This document shows, in pieces, positions 28,441 through 37,042 of a DNA stretch of 64,000 bases. The DNA comes from Dehalococcoidia bacterium (lineage in GTDB: Bacteria > Chloroflexota > Dehalococcoidia > Bin125), in NCBI GenBank assembly GCA_963663235.2, contig CAXXNO010000008.1, positions 96,001 through 160,000 of the forward strand, given 5' to 3'. Position numbers and translations under genes: made by a program. The notes under the pieces were generated by a model, which saw only the letters and a list, made by a program, of their open reading frames with translations, was not told where the DNA came from and searched no databases. Within the stretch, counting starts at the first letter, position 1. Each line of letters begins with the position of its first letter.

Positions 28441-29935
28441 TGCGGTTGTTGATCTCCTCGACCTGCACCGCCGCGCTGCGGGCCATTCGACCAAAGTCGG
28501 AGACCAGAGTCCGTGCTTTGACCGACCCCCCAATTGCGCCGTTCGATGGATGGGAACGCTTGGCCCGCCTGCTATCAAGGTGAGCACGGGCTCACGCCTG
28601 GCGGCCCACGCCGCCGGTTGACGAAGACAGGCAGGTGGAGTCAGTCATTCTCAGCTTCAACTGCCGGTCTGAGACCCGAATCCGAGTGGGCCTTGCGGCG
28701 GCGCGCTCCGATGCTACGGTTTGTGTTCGTTCGATGATCGGAGGGCGACGGTGAAGGACGAGAAGCGCAGCGACCGCGGAGTCTCGCTGACGAGACGTCG
28801 ATTCCTGAAGCGCACGGGCAAGGCCACCGTAGGCCTCGCCTCGCTGATGGCCGTCGGCCCAGCGATCGTTGCCTCCACATCCAAGTCCGTCCATGCGGGT
28901 CATGCTGATGGGCATGCGTGTCTTAATCTCACGGACCTGGGGGAGATCGTCGCCCGCGTGCGTGTGCCCGTGGGCAGCGCCGGCAACCGCGACATCGAGA
29001 TCATCCGCGACGGGGACAAGCCGCCCACTGGCACTGCTGATCCCCTGCGCCAGTACGACACCTTCGACGGCATCGATATATCTGCTGAGGATTGGATCGG
29101 CTACGCCTACCCCTCGACGCACACCTTCCATCAGGTGGTGTTCCAAGAGGGGATGCACTTCTGGGACGGTGGCTGGTTCGAATCGCTCACGGTACAGGTC
29201 CGCCAGGGTCGGACGTGGGTGCCGGTCACGGGACTTTCGATCTTGCCGGACTACCCTTTCGCCGACAACGGCGTTTCGTATGAGAGCTATACCCTGACGT
29301 TCGATGAGGTCACCGGCGACGGCATCCGCCTCGTCGGTGCCCCCGGCGGCTTCTCGGACTTCATCTCTGTCGCCGAGCTTGAGATCTTCGGCGACTGCGA
29401 GCGGGACTCGCGCAATGACCCGTCGCAGCACTCGCCGGCGGTCGTCCCGGAGGAATGCACTAACTGGACCCAGGACGGGCAGATCATCGCTCGCGTGACC
29501 TCGCCGACCGGCGGAGGCAACCACGACATCGAGGTGATTCGGGACGGCAACCTGCCGCCCGTCGGCAGCGGAGACTCCTCGCGCCAGTACGACACGCACG
29601 ATGGCGCGAACAGCGCCGACAATGACTGGATCGGATACGAGTACTCGTCGGATCGGACGTTTGACCACATCGTCTTCCAGGAGGGAAGGCAGTTCTGGAA
29701 CGGCGGTTGGTTCGAAACGCTCACCGTGCAGGTTCGCCAAGGTGGGAGTTGGCAGTCCGTGAGCGGGCTCTCGATCTCGCCGGACTACCCGTTCGCCGAC
29801 AACGACGTCTCCTTCGAGATCTACACGCTCATCTTCGACGAGATCACCGGCGACGCGATCCGTATCTTTGGTGCTCCAGGCGGGAGCCACGATTTCATCT
29901 CCGTGGCTGAGTTGGCGGTCTACTGGGGCAATTGC
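26884..29935 (+). repeat. Four intragenic copies of a ~480-bp/160-aa domain
   Basis: Copies at 26884-27363, 27409-27888, 28919-29398 and 29456-29935; shared C.N.T..G.I.ARV, QYDT.DG, DWIGY.Y, FQEG, GGWFE, GAPGG, FISV.EL...C. Confidence 0.9.
28486..28580 (+). promoter_or_regulatory. Conserved upstream module copy 2: TTCGACCAAAGTCGGA + GACCAGAGTC + TGCTATCAAGG
   Basis: Matches 26452-26545 with conserved spacing (84 vs 83 nt to the TGCTATCA box). Confidence 0.65.
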
Positions 29936-30076
29936 TGGGAGCACAGCTACAACTCGAACCATAACTCTTCCAACAACAGCAACTCACAGAGCAACCACTC
30001 GAACAGCAGCAGCTCGAACAGCAGCAGCTCGAACAGCCACTCGAAGAGCAAGAGCTCGCGGAGCAGTCGGTCATGA
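28751..30076 (+). CDS. Tat-exported paralog: two discoidin-like domains plus Ser/Asn/His- then Ser/Arg-rich tail (frame continues past TGA to 30196)
   Basis: TRRRFLK Tat motif, VHA cleavage site, the same repeated domains and a low-complexity C-terminus; GTG after GGAGGG. Confidence 0.8.
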   Translation: MKDEKRSDRGVSLTRRRFLKRTGKATVGLASLMAVGPAIVASTSKSVHAGHADGHACLNLTDLGEIVARVRVPVGSAGNRDIEIIRDGDKPPTGTADPLRQYDTFDGIDISAEDWIGYAYPSTHTFHQVVFQEGMHFWDGGWFESLTVQVRQGRTWVPVTGLSILPDYPFADNGVSYESYTLTFDEVTGDGIRLVGAPGGFSDFISVAELEIFGDCERDSRNDPSQHSPAVVPEECTNWTQDGQIIARVTSPTGGGNHDIEVIRDGNLPPVGSGDSSRQYDTHDGANSADNDWIGYEYSSDRTFDHIVFQEGRQFWNGGWFETLTVQVRQGGSWQSVSGLSISPDYPFADNDVSFEIYTLIFDEITGDAIRIFGAPGGSHDFISVAELAVYWGNCWEHSYNSNHNSSNNSNSQSNHSNSSSSNSSSSNSHSKSKSSRSSRS

Positions 30077-30166
30077 AGCCGGAGTTCACGAAGTAGGAGC
30101 CGGTCGCGCACCCGCCATTCGCGGAGCAGCCGGTCGCACAGCCGGAGCTCACGAAGTAGGAGCCGG
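30059..30166 (+). repeat. Imperfect 45-bp direct repeat encoding RS-dipeptide tail
   Basis: cggagcagtcggtcatgaagccggagttcacgaagtaggagccgg (30059-30103) vs cggagcagccggtcgcacagccggagctcacgaagtaggagccgg (30122-30166). Confidence 0.8.
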
Positions 30167-30340
30167 GGCCGGAGCGGCCGCCACTCGAGGTCGTAGCGCC
30201 GAAACGCTGTAATGTCAGGTAAGCTTCCTTCTGTACCGGTCGGCCGAGCCCCTGGCTCGGCCGGTTCCGCGTCCGTGTTGGATCAGGACCGATCGAAGGC
30301 CGCCTCGTGGGCCGAAGAGCGGCCCACGGACGGAGCGACG

Positions 30341-31480
30341 GTGGTACGGCTGTTCCGAAATTCCGATGTGACGTTACGGGCGATGGCTGATGGGTCGGCG
30401 ATAGCGATCGACGAAGCCCAGCGCGAGGCCCATGCGTTCAACCCGGAGGCGGTCGCCATATGGAACGCACGCTCATCGTGGACCGAAGATGAGCTGGAGG
30501 CGTGGCTGCGAGAGAACGGCCTGCCTGCCCCCGCAGCCCGCGAGCTGGCGCACCGGTTTCTGGGGCAGTTACGCGCTGCCGGGCTGTTCCACGAAGCCGA
30601 AGCCCCTCCGGCTGTCGCTTCGCAGGCAGGCCACGCGGCAGCCAATGTCTCCCATTACCGCATGTGGAAGACCGACATGCGGGTGCGCATTCCCGACGCC
30701 GAGATCGAACAGTACATCCATCGGTTGTGTCATCAGTTCGCCTCGCAGCCGTCCGAGAACGCTGTGGAGTTCGAAATTCGTCCTGGCCGCGACGGTCGGT
30801 GGAAGATCGTGCGAGACGGCGAAGTTGTCGAGGAGCGCGGTTCGGCTATCACTGCGGCTCGCGAGCTCGAGTGGTACATGGTGGAGACGGCGACCCACGC
30901 GGAGCGCTATTTCGCGCACTTTCACGCATCCGCGCTGACCAGGAACGGCCGGACGCTGCTGATTCCCGGAAAGTCCGGGTCCGGCAAGTCCACGCTCTGC
31001 CTGGTGCTCTGCACGCACGGCTTCGAGCTGCTTGGCGATGATGTCATCTTCATGGACCCTGTCTCCGGCGCCATCCACCCATTTCAGCGCGCGTTGCACG
31101 TCCACGATGATGCCATCCCCCTCTTGCAGGATGCCGGATTCCCATATGACCCCGCGCTCCACCTTCCCAATTTCTTGGAGGTGGACGCGCTGGCAGCCTG
31201 GCGCACCAGCCCAAGCCCGCCCCTTTCACACATCCTGTTCGTGGACTGGGACGAAGAAGGCCCGGTCGAGGTCGCGCCGATCACGCAGGCCGAGGCAGCG
31301 GTGGCGATCCGTCCCTTCTCCCACAATCTGAAGCGGCGACTGGACGGCGGCTGGCCGACTTTGCAGCGCATCGTGGACCATACCCAATGCGCCCGCCTGC
31401 TGCGCGGTCAAGACTTGCTGAGCGCGGCTGAGGCGATCCGCGATCTGATCGACAGCGAACCGCCGGCTTCAGACCGCTGA
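30341..31480 (+). CDS. PqqD/RRE domain fused to HPr-kinase-related P-loop kinase
   Basis: N-terminal PqqD-like H.FN..A..IW...T..EL...L.....FL.QL..AGL; C-terminal FHASAL, G.SGSGKSTL Walker A, LLGDD. ORF is open from 30212; GTG 30341 follows GGAG. Confidence 0.8.
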   Translation: MVRLFRNSDVTLRAMADGSAIAIDEAQREAHAFNPEAVAIWNARSSWTEDELEAWLRENGLPAPAARELAHRFLGQLRAAGLFHEAEAPPAVASQAGHAAANVSHYRMWKTDMRVRIPDAEIEQYIHRLCHQFASQPSENAVEFEIRPGRDGRWKIVRDGEVVEERGSAITAARELEWYMVETATHAERYFAHFHASALTRNGRTLLIPGKSGSGKSTLCLVLCTHGFELLGDDVIFMDPVSGAIHPFQRALHVHDDAIPLLQDAGFPYDPALHLPNFLEVDALAAWRTSPSPPLSHILFVDWDEEGPVEVAPITQAEAAVAIRPFSHNLKRRLDGGWPTLQRIVDHTQCARLLRGQDLLSAAEAIRDLIDSEPPASDR

Positions 31481-32743
31481 CACGGGCTGGTTCGTCGCCG
31501 GGTTCATCTCGAACGGGCTGGGAAGATCCAGCTCCTCGGCGATCTCGCGCACGGCGGGCAGCACCTCGTCGCCCATGAGGCGCAGGCTGCGCATCGTGTC
31601 GTCGTGGGTCATCGCGCCGTCGCCATCCCAGAAGATGATGCTGCCCGGCCGCAAGTACTCCAGGACGTAGCGGAGCTGGGCGATCACCGTTGGCGGTGTC
31701 CCCGCGATAATCGTGTGCTTCTCAATCTGGTCCTCATAGGTGCCCGCAAAGTCTTGATCCGGCTTGACCTGCCCCGGTTGGAGGGCTGGACGGGTCGGCT
31801 TCTTCCGGCCACGGGAGAACGCAGCCCCCCACGTCTTGATCGTTGGCAGAACCTCCGTGCGCGAAGTCATGCCCGGAAGGTTCTGTAGGAAGCCGCGAAC
31901 CTGCCCCTGGTTTCCTTCCAGGAACGGGTTGCTGGGCCCCTTCAGGAACTTGCGCGCCGTCGCCTCGGCAAGCTCTTCGGTCTCGTCCACGTGCACCTTG
32001 AGCAGGTAGCCGGTGTGCTGAGGGCCCGCCTCGTAGCCCGCCTCGCGCGCGCACTGCGCGTAGTACTGGAACGACTGACGGGTTGGCTCCATCTCCGTGG
32101 CCAGCATCAGGAACGGGTAACGCCGCTCCGCCGCCCAGGCGACCGTGTTCTTGCTGAGGACGCCCGGGATCCAGATCGGCGGGTGCGGCTGCTGATATGG
32201 GCGCGGCCATGGGTTCACGTAGCGGTAATCGAAGTGTTCGCCCTCCCAGCGGAACGGGCCCGGCGTGGTCCACGCCTTGATGATGAGGTCGTGCGCCTCC
32301 TGGAACCGCTCCCAGTTGTAGGGCGAGGGCGAGTTATGGGTCAGGCTCTCGCGGCCGGTCCCTCGCACCCAGCCGCTGACCAAGCGGCCGCGGGAGATGT
32401 TATCGATCGTGGCTAGCGTTTCCGCCAGCCACAGCGGGTCGTCCCAGATCGGCAGGACGTTGCCCGCCAGCACGATCTTGGCGCGCTTTGTGATCCGCGC
32501 CAAGATCGACGCCTCCACGTTCATCACGGCGCCCATGCAGCCGGGCATGCTGTGGTGCTCGTTCAGCATGAGCCCATCGAAGCCCATCTCTTCCGCGTAG
32601 ACTTTTTCGTCCAGGTAGCGGTTGTACAGCTCCGCCCCCACCTGCGGGTCGTAGTCGCGATTGCTTTTCGCCAGATCCAAGGTGTTGATGTATTCGCCGC
32701 CAGCGTCCTGGTACGGGCGTTCCGTGAAATAACCGATGAACAT
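31469..32743 (-). CDS. LLM-class flavin-dependent oxidoreductase
   Basis: GFDG...NEHH, GRL.SGWVRG, WPRP.QQPHPPIW motifs. Confidence 0.9.
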   Translation of the reverse strand: MFIGYFTERPYQDAGGEYINTLDLAKSNRDYDPQVGAELYNRYLDEKVYAEEMGFDGLMLNEHHSMPGCMGAVMNVEASILARITKRAKIVLAGNVLPIWDDPLWLAETLATIDNISRGRLVSGWVRGTGRESLTHNSPSPYNWERFQEAHDLIIKAWTTPGPFRWEGEHFDYRYVNPWPRPYQQPHPPIWIPGVLSKNTVAWAAERRYPFLMLATEMEPTRQSFQYYAQCAREAGYEAGPQHTGYLLKVHVDETEELAEATARKFLKGPSNPFLEGNQGQVRGFLQNLPGMTSRTEVLPTIKTWGAAFSRGRKKPTRPALQPGQVKPDQDFAGTYEDQIEKHTIIAGTPPTVIAQLRYVLEYLRPGSIIFWDGDGAMTHDDTMRSLRLMGDEVLPAVREIAEELDLPSPFEMNPATNQPVSAV

Positions 32744-32765
32744 GGTGCGTCCCTCCCGTGCGCCG

Positions 32766-33548
32766 CTATCTCGCCGCGACGTGCGCGCGGATCAGCCGCG
32801 CGATCGTCTCCGGCTCCTCCAGCTCCACAACGTGGCCAGCACCCTTCACCACCTCAAGACGGGCGTTGGGTAAGGCCTGAGCGTACAGTTCGCCACAGTT
32901 GCTGGGCACGATCCGGTCGTGTTCACCCCAGATGATCAGCGACGGCGTTTCCACCTCGCGCAACAGGGGCGGCAGCCGCCGGTTGTACATGTAAGGCCGC
33001 CAGGTCACGCGTGCCGTCATTTCTCGGCTGAGCTCCCACAGTTGTTCCAGTTCGGGTGACTCATCCTCACCAAAGAACTCGGCGTAGGCGGCGTCGTCGC
33101 GAAAAGATGACTTCAAATAATGTTCGTCCTTGAAGAGCATCTGGTCCATGATCTCGCCTTCGTCCGGGCGGATCCCGGCGGCGCCAACGAGGACCAGCGC
33201 CCGCAATCGGCCCGGGTTGATCGTCGCCATCTCGGCGGCGATGAACCCGCCGAAGCCGAGGCCGACCAGCGTGACGCCGTCCAGCGCGAGGCGGTCCAGG
33301 ACGCGGTTCATCAGGATAGCGAGGTCCCGGGGGTCACGCGCCCAGACCGGGCGCTCGGATTGGCCGTAGCCCGGAAGGTCCGGGACCCAGACGGCGAACT
33401 GGGTCGCCAAGGCCTCATGGAACGGCAGCCAGCCGAGGTTCCCCGTCGAGTGATGCAGGACCACCGCCGGCTCCCCTTGCCCGCCCTGCAGCAGGTGTAC
33501 CGACAGGTCCGCGACCCGTACCGATGTTTCCGCCCAGGTGTCGCTCGT
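32766..33548 (-). CDS. Alpha/beta-hydrolase-fold protein lacking the nucleophile Ser
   Basis: GGQG.P..VLH, PDLPGYGQS, LVGLGFGG elbow, WGE.D, GAGH....E.P motifs. Start uncertain (ACG 33548 after GGAG, or GTG 33590). Confidence 0.85.
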   Translation of the reverse strand, partial: TSDTWAETSVRVADLSVHLLQGGQGEPAVVLHHSTGNLGWLPFHEALATQFAVWVPDLPGYGQSERPVWARDPRDLAILMNRVLDRLALDGVTLVGLGFGGFIAAEMATINPGRLRALVLVGAAGIRPDEGEIMDQMLFKDEHYLKSSFRDDAAYAEFFGEDESPELEQLWELSREMTARVTWRPYMYNRRLPPLLREVETPSLIIWGEHDRIVPSNCGELYAQALPNARLEVVKGAGHVVELEEPETIARLIRAHVAAR

Positions 33549-33826
33549 GATTCTCTCCGCTCCAGGCGCTACGCCTCTGCGCGAGTGCACGGTGTATGCG
33601 GGATAGTAGCATTGCCGCGGGGGCCGATCTGGCCGCGAGCGTCCAAGGCTATGCTCACGATCCGCCGTCTCACCGGCGAGATCGAGCCGAGCGCGTGGCA
33701 GTGCCGTTCGTCGGCAGGTGAACCGGAGTAGTGTCTCGGGAATGGTCGTTCGCACCGGGAACCGGTCCCCGCCGTCGAACGTCTCTGTCAGCAGTTGAGT
33801 CTTCGGAGTAGTAAGGGAGGAAAGTC

Positions 33827-34558
33827 GTGTATCGATTTCTCACAGCGACCGTCGCCATTGGTCTGGCGGCAGTCATCGGGATGGGCTTGGTCGTCCCCGG
33901 CGGGGGAACGGCGTCCGCATAGGTCGGCGGATCATCGTCCGGTGGCCTGACAGTCATCGGCTCAGCGTCGACGTCTGTCGAGCCGGACTTAGCCGTACTC
34001 AGTCTGTCGGTCACGGCACTCGAGCCGACTGCCGTCGCGGCAGTCACCGCCGCCAATTTCGCGACGGCTGAGGTCATCGTGGCTCTGCGTATTCAGCGAG
34101 TGGCGACCGAGGACATCCGCACGACGTCCATCTCCCTGGACCAGGAGTTCGAGTTCACGGGCTCGCGCGGCGCCGTTCCGGTGGGTTTCCGCTTCACCAA
34201 CAACCTCCGAGTGACGGTACGCGACCTAGACGCCGTCGGCGCCACGATTGACGGCGCGGTCGCCGCCGCCGGCGACAACCTGCGCCTCGGCGGGATCTCC
34301 TTCGACGTGAGCAATCGCACGGAGATCGAGGATGAGCTCCGGCTCAGCGCCATCGACCAGGCCATCGCACGGGCACAGGCGATCGCGGCACGGGCGGGCG
34401 TGAGCCTCGGGCGCATCGTGGCAATCTCGGACCTTGGGTTCGCATCCCCGGTAAGCGTCGATTTTGGCGATGGGGTCGATGAGGCGCTCGCCACGCCGGT
34501 CTTCGGCGGCACACAGGAGATTGTGATGAGCGTGCAGATCCAGTTCGAGCTCCGCTGA
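33827..34558 (+). pseudogene. SIMPL (DUF541) domain exported protein interrupted by in-frame TAG at 33920
   Basis: GTG after AAGGGAGG; signal peptide ending ASA, then TAG, then in-frame LTVIGSA..SVEPDLA.L, DI.T.SISL, V.VRDL...G..ID.AV, A..RA..IA...GV.LG. Confidence 0.8.
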
Positions 34559-34589
34559 TCCGCGGCGTCCACGCTACGCCGCTCGGCGG

Positions 34590-35309
34590 TTACGCGTCGG
34601 CGTACACGCGGAAGCCGTAGTCGTTGTAGCGAAACGACGGATCCAGACTCGACCGCGCTGTGAGACGGGTGAACTTGACGGCGTGCCGCCAACTCCCGCC
34701 CCGACTCGCCCGCCGCGTGCCATTGGCCGGGCCGGCGGGAGCGTCGACGGGCGCGACGTCGTAGTAACGCGCGTCATACCAGTCGCTGCACCACTCGTGG
34801 ACGTTCTCCGCCATGCAGAAGAGGCCGTAGCCGTTGGTGCACCCCGGTCTCGGCCGGTGCGGCGCATTGCGACGCGCGATCGTCGCAAGCTGTGGGAGGT
34901 CAGCAGGCGGGGTGGTACCCCACGGCCAGGCCCCTCGCTGCAGACCACCGAGCGATGCGTACTCGCGTTCGGCCTCAGTGGGTAGCCGGCAGGCGACGCC
35001 TGAGCCGGCGGCCAGCCACTCACAGTAGGCCGTGGCTTCGTACCAGCTGACGCCGACGACTGGCTGCTGCGGGTCAGCGAAGCGCGCGTCGTCGAGGAAC
35101 TTTGGTGGATCCGCGCCCGTCTCCTCGACGAATGCGGCATACTCGCCGTTGCTCACGGGCCGCACGGCGGCTCGGTACGGCCGGAGGCGGACACGATGCA
35201 CCGCCCGTTCGTCGGGTCGATTCGATACGCTTCCCATGAGAAACTCGCCCCCGGCGATGTGCACGAGATCCGGTAAAACGCGGGAGCCGGTGGACTGGTC
35301 CTCAACCAT
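34590..35309 (-). CDS. FGE-sulfatase domain (SUMF1/EgtB/PvdO) protein
   Basis: GGEFLMGS, PVVGVSW.EA, RLPTEAE.EYA, NGYGL..M..NV.EW, RGGSW, GFR motifs. Confidence 0.9.
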   Translation of the reverse strand: MVEDQSTGSRVLPDLVHIAGGEFLMGSVSNRPDERAVHRVRLRPYRAAVRPVSNGEYAAFVEETGADPPKFLDDARFADPQQPVVGVSWYEATAYCEWLAAGSGVACRLPTEAEREYASLGGLQRGAWPWGTTPPADLPQLATIARRNAPHRPRPGCTNGYGLFCMAENVHEWCSDWYDARYYDVAPVDAPAGPANGTRRASRGGSWRHAVKFTRLTARSSLDPSFRYNDYGFRVYADA

Positions 35310-35403
35310 GACGCGCAGAGTCTATCCCGCCGCATCCACCTCAGCGGGTGGGAACATCGTGGGCGGTGCGCGCCGCCCGTCGGGCTGGGGGCGATAGGTC
35401 GTA

Positions 35404-36936
35404 GTGCCGGACGCGACGTGCATCATCGTTGGAGCAGGACATAACGGTCTCGTCGCTGCCTCGTATCTCGCCCGGGCTGGCCTGAGAGTCACGCTGCTGG
35501 AACGCCGCGACGTGGTGGGCGGAGCGTCTGTGACGGAGGAGTTCGTACCCGGCTACCGCGTCGGCACCTGCGCGTACATCTGCCACATGCTCCAGCGCAA
35601 GGTCATCGACGACCTCGAACTCCGGACGCATGGCCTGCATATCTATCCACTGGATCCCGTGGCCGTCTTCATGTTCCCGGACGGGGGCCATTTCCGCATG
35701 TGGAACGACGCCGAGCGGACGGGCGACGAGATCGCCCGCATTTCACCCACCGATGGGCAGGCGTATCCACGCTGGATCCGCTTCTGGGAGCAGGCCGCTG
35801 ACATTGTCTTGCGCTACTTCTTGCAGCCGCCTCCCACGCTGGCGCAGATCATGACCGACGTCCGCGGCACGGCCGATGAGGCGGTGTTGGAGACCATCCT
35901 CACCGTTCCGTTGCGCGATATCGCGCTGCGCTACTTCGAAAACGCTGGGATTGCGGCGGCAGCGGTGGGGACCGCCGACTACGGCCAGATCGACGCGCCC
36001 GGCAGCGCCTTGGTGCAGGCCTACTTCAAGACGAACCTGCACACCGTTCCGGAGGATTTTGGCATTGTGCGCGGTGGCATGGGCGGCGTGACGCAAGCGA
36101 TGGCGCGGGCGGCCGAGGCGCAGGGAGCGACGATCCGCACGAACGCCGAGGTGAGCCGCATCGTCGTCGAGGACGGGGTAGCCCGCGGGGTGCAACTGAC
36201 GAGCGGTGAGACGATGACGGCCGACATCGTGCTATCGAATGCTGATCCGAAATCAACCTTCCTGCGGTTGATCGACGACGCGGTGCTGCCCGGAGATTTC
36301 GTCGCTGCGATCCGCGGTCTCAAGAGCCGCTCGGCCTCGCTGAAGATCCACGGCGCCCTGCGCCGGCTTCCCGATTTCTCCCGTTTCTTGCAGCCTGACG
36401 ACAATGAGACGCGGCTGGCGATGCTCCGCGTCATGCCGCACCTCGATGACGTCGAGGCCAGCTGGCGTGATGCGATGGCTGGGATCCCGACGCGCTATCC
36501 GCTGATGCAGATCCAGATTCCGTCGGTGTTGGACCCCACCCTGGCGCCGCCCGGCGAGCACGTGATGTCGATCTGGGTGACCTACGAGCCTGCCCATCTG
36601 CGCGATGGTTCCTGGACGGACGCCAAGCGCGAGGTGGGCGAACGGCTCATCGACACGCTGTCCCAATACGCGCCCGACATCCGCGAATGTATCATCGAAT
36701 GGGATCTCTTCACACCTGAAGATATCTTCGATCGAGTGGGCATGACAGACGGCAACATCCGCCACCTGGATATCCTGCCTCACCAGATGTTCGCGAATCG
36801 CCCCCTGCCGGACTGGTCCGACTACCGCACCCCGATCCGCGGCCTCTATCTGTGCGGCGCCGGCACGCATCCGGGCGGCGAAGTGACGGGGGCACCGGGT
36901 CACAACGCGGCGCACGCAGTGCTGGAGGACTGCTAA
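35404..36936 (+). CDS. Phytoene-desaturase-family (PYROXD2-like) FAD oxidoreductase
   Basis: VGAGHNGL, GGMG, PS.LDPTLAP.G.H, YRTPI.GLYLCGAGTHPGG motifs. Confidence 0.9.
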   Translation: MPDATCIIVGAGHNGLVAASYLARAGLRVTLLERRDVVGGASVTEEFVPGYRVGTCAYICHMLQRKVIDDLELRTHGLHIYPLDPVAVFMFPDGGHFRMWNDAERTGDEIARISPTDGQAYPRWIRFWEQAADIVLRYFLQPPPTLAQIMTDVRGTADEAVLETILTVPLRDIALRYFENAGIAAAAVGTADYGQIDAPGSALVQAYFKTNLHTVPEDFGIVRGGMGGVTQAMARAAEAQGATIRTNAEVSRIVVEDGVARGVQLTSGETMTADIVLSNADPKSTFLRLIDDAVLPGDFVAAIRGLKSRSASLKIHGALRRLPDFSRFLQPDDNETRLAMLRVMPHLDDVEASWRDAMAGIPTRYPLMQIQIPSVLDPTLAPPGEHVMSIWVTYEPAHLRDGSWTDAKREVGERLIDTLSQYAPDIRECIIEWDLFTPEDIFDRVGMTDGNIRHLDILPHQMFANRPLPDWSDYRTPIRGLYLCGAGTHPGGEVTGAPGHNAAHAVLEDC

Positions 36937-36947
36937 AGGAGCGCCGG

Positions 36948-36973
36948 CCGGCGCGCCTGCGCTGGCGTGCCGG
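36948..36973. terminator. GC-rich hairpin between convergent genes
   Basis: CCGGCGCGCC-TGCGCT-GGCGTGCCGG (10 bp including one G-U pair). Confidence 0.4.
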
Positions 36974-37042
36974 GGTCGCGTCTTGGGGCACGGGACCGTG
37001 GGCGCGTTCAGAGCGGGAGCCGAGATCGGCGAGAGCGCCGGC

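Noticed and set aside
30074-30076. TGA in the Ser/Arg tail as selenocysteine
   Set aside because: No redox motif and no hairpin with a GUG loop at +19 like the two real candidates; a CGA>TGA change is more parsimonious.
29895-30152. Cys/Ser-rich 85-aa minus-strand ORF as a RiPP precursor or metallothionein
   Set aside because: It is the antisense shadow of AGC/AAC codons; synonymous variation supports the plus-strand frame and there is no RBS.
26884-30166. Repeats as a CRISPR array or mobile element
   Set aside because: The repeats are in-frame protein domains or codon repeats with synonymous divergence; there are no spacers, cas genes, transposase or terminal repeats.
33920-33922. TAG in the SIMPL gene as pyrrolysine
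   Set aside because: No pyl genes in the window and the position is non-catalytic.
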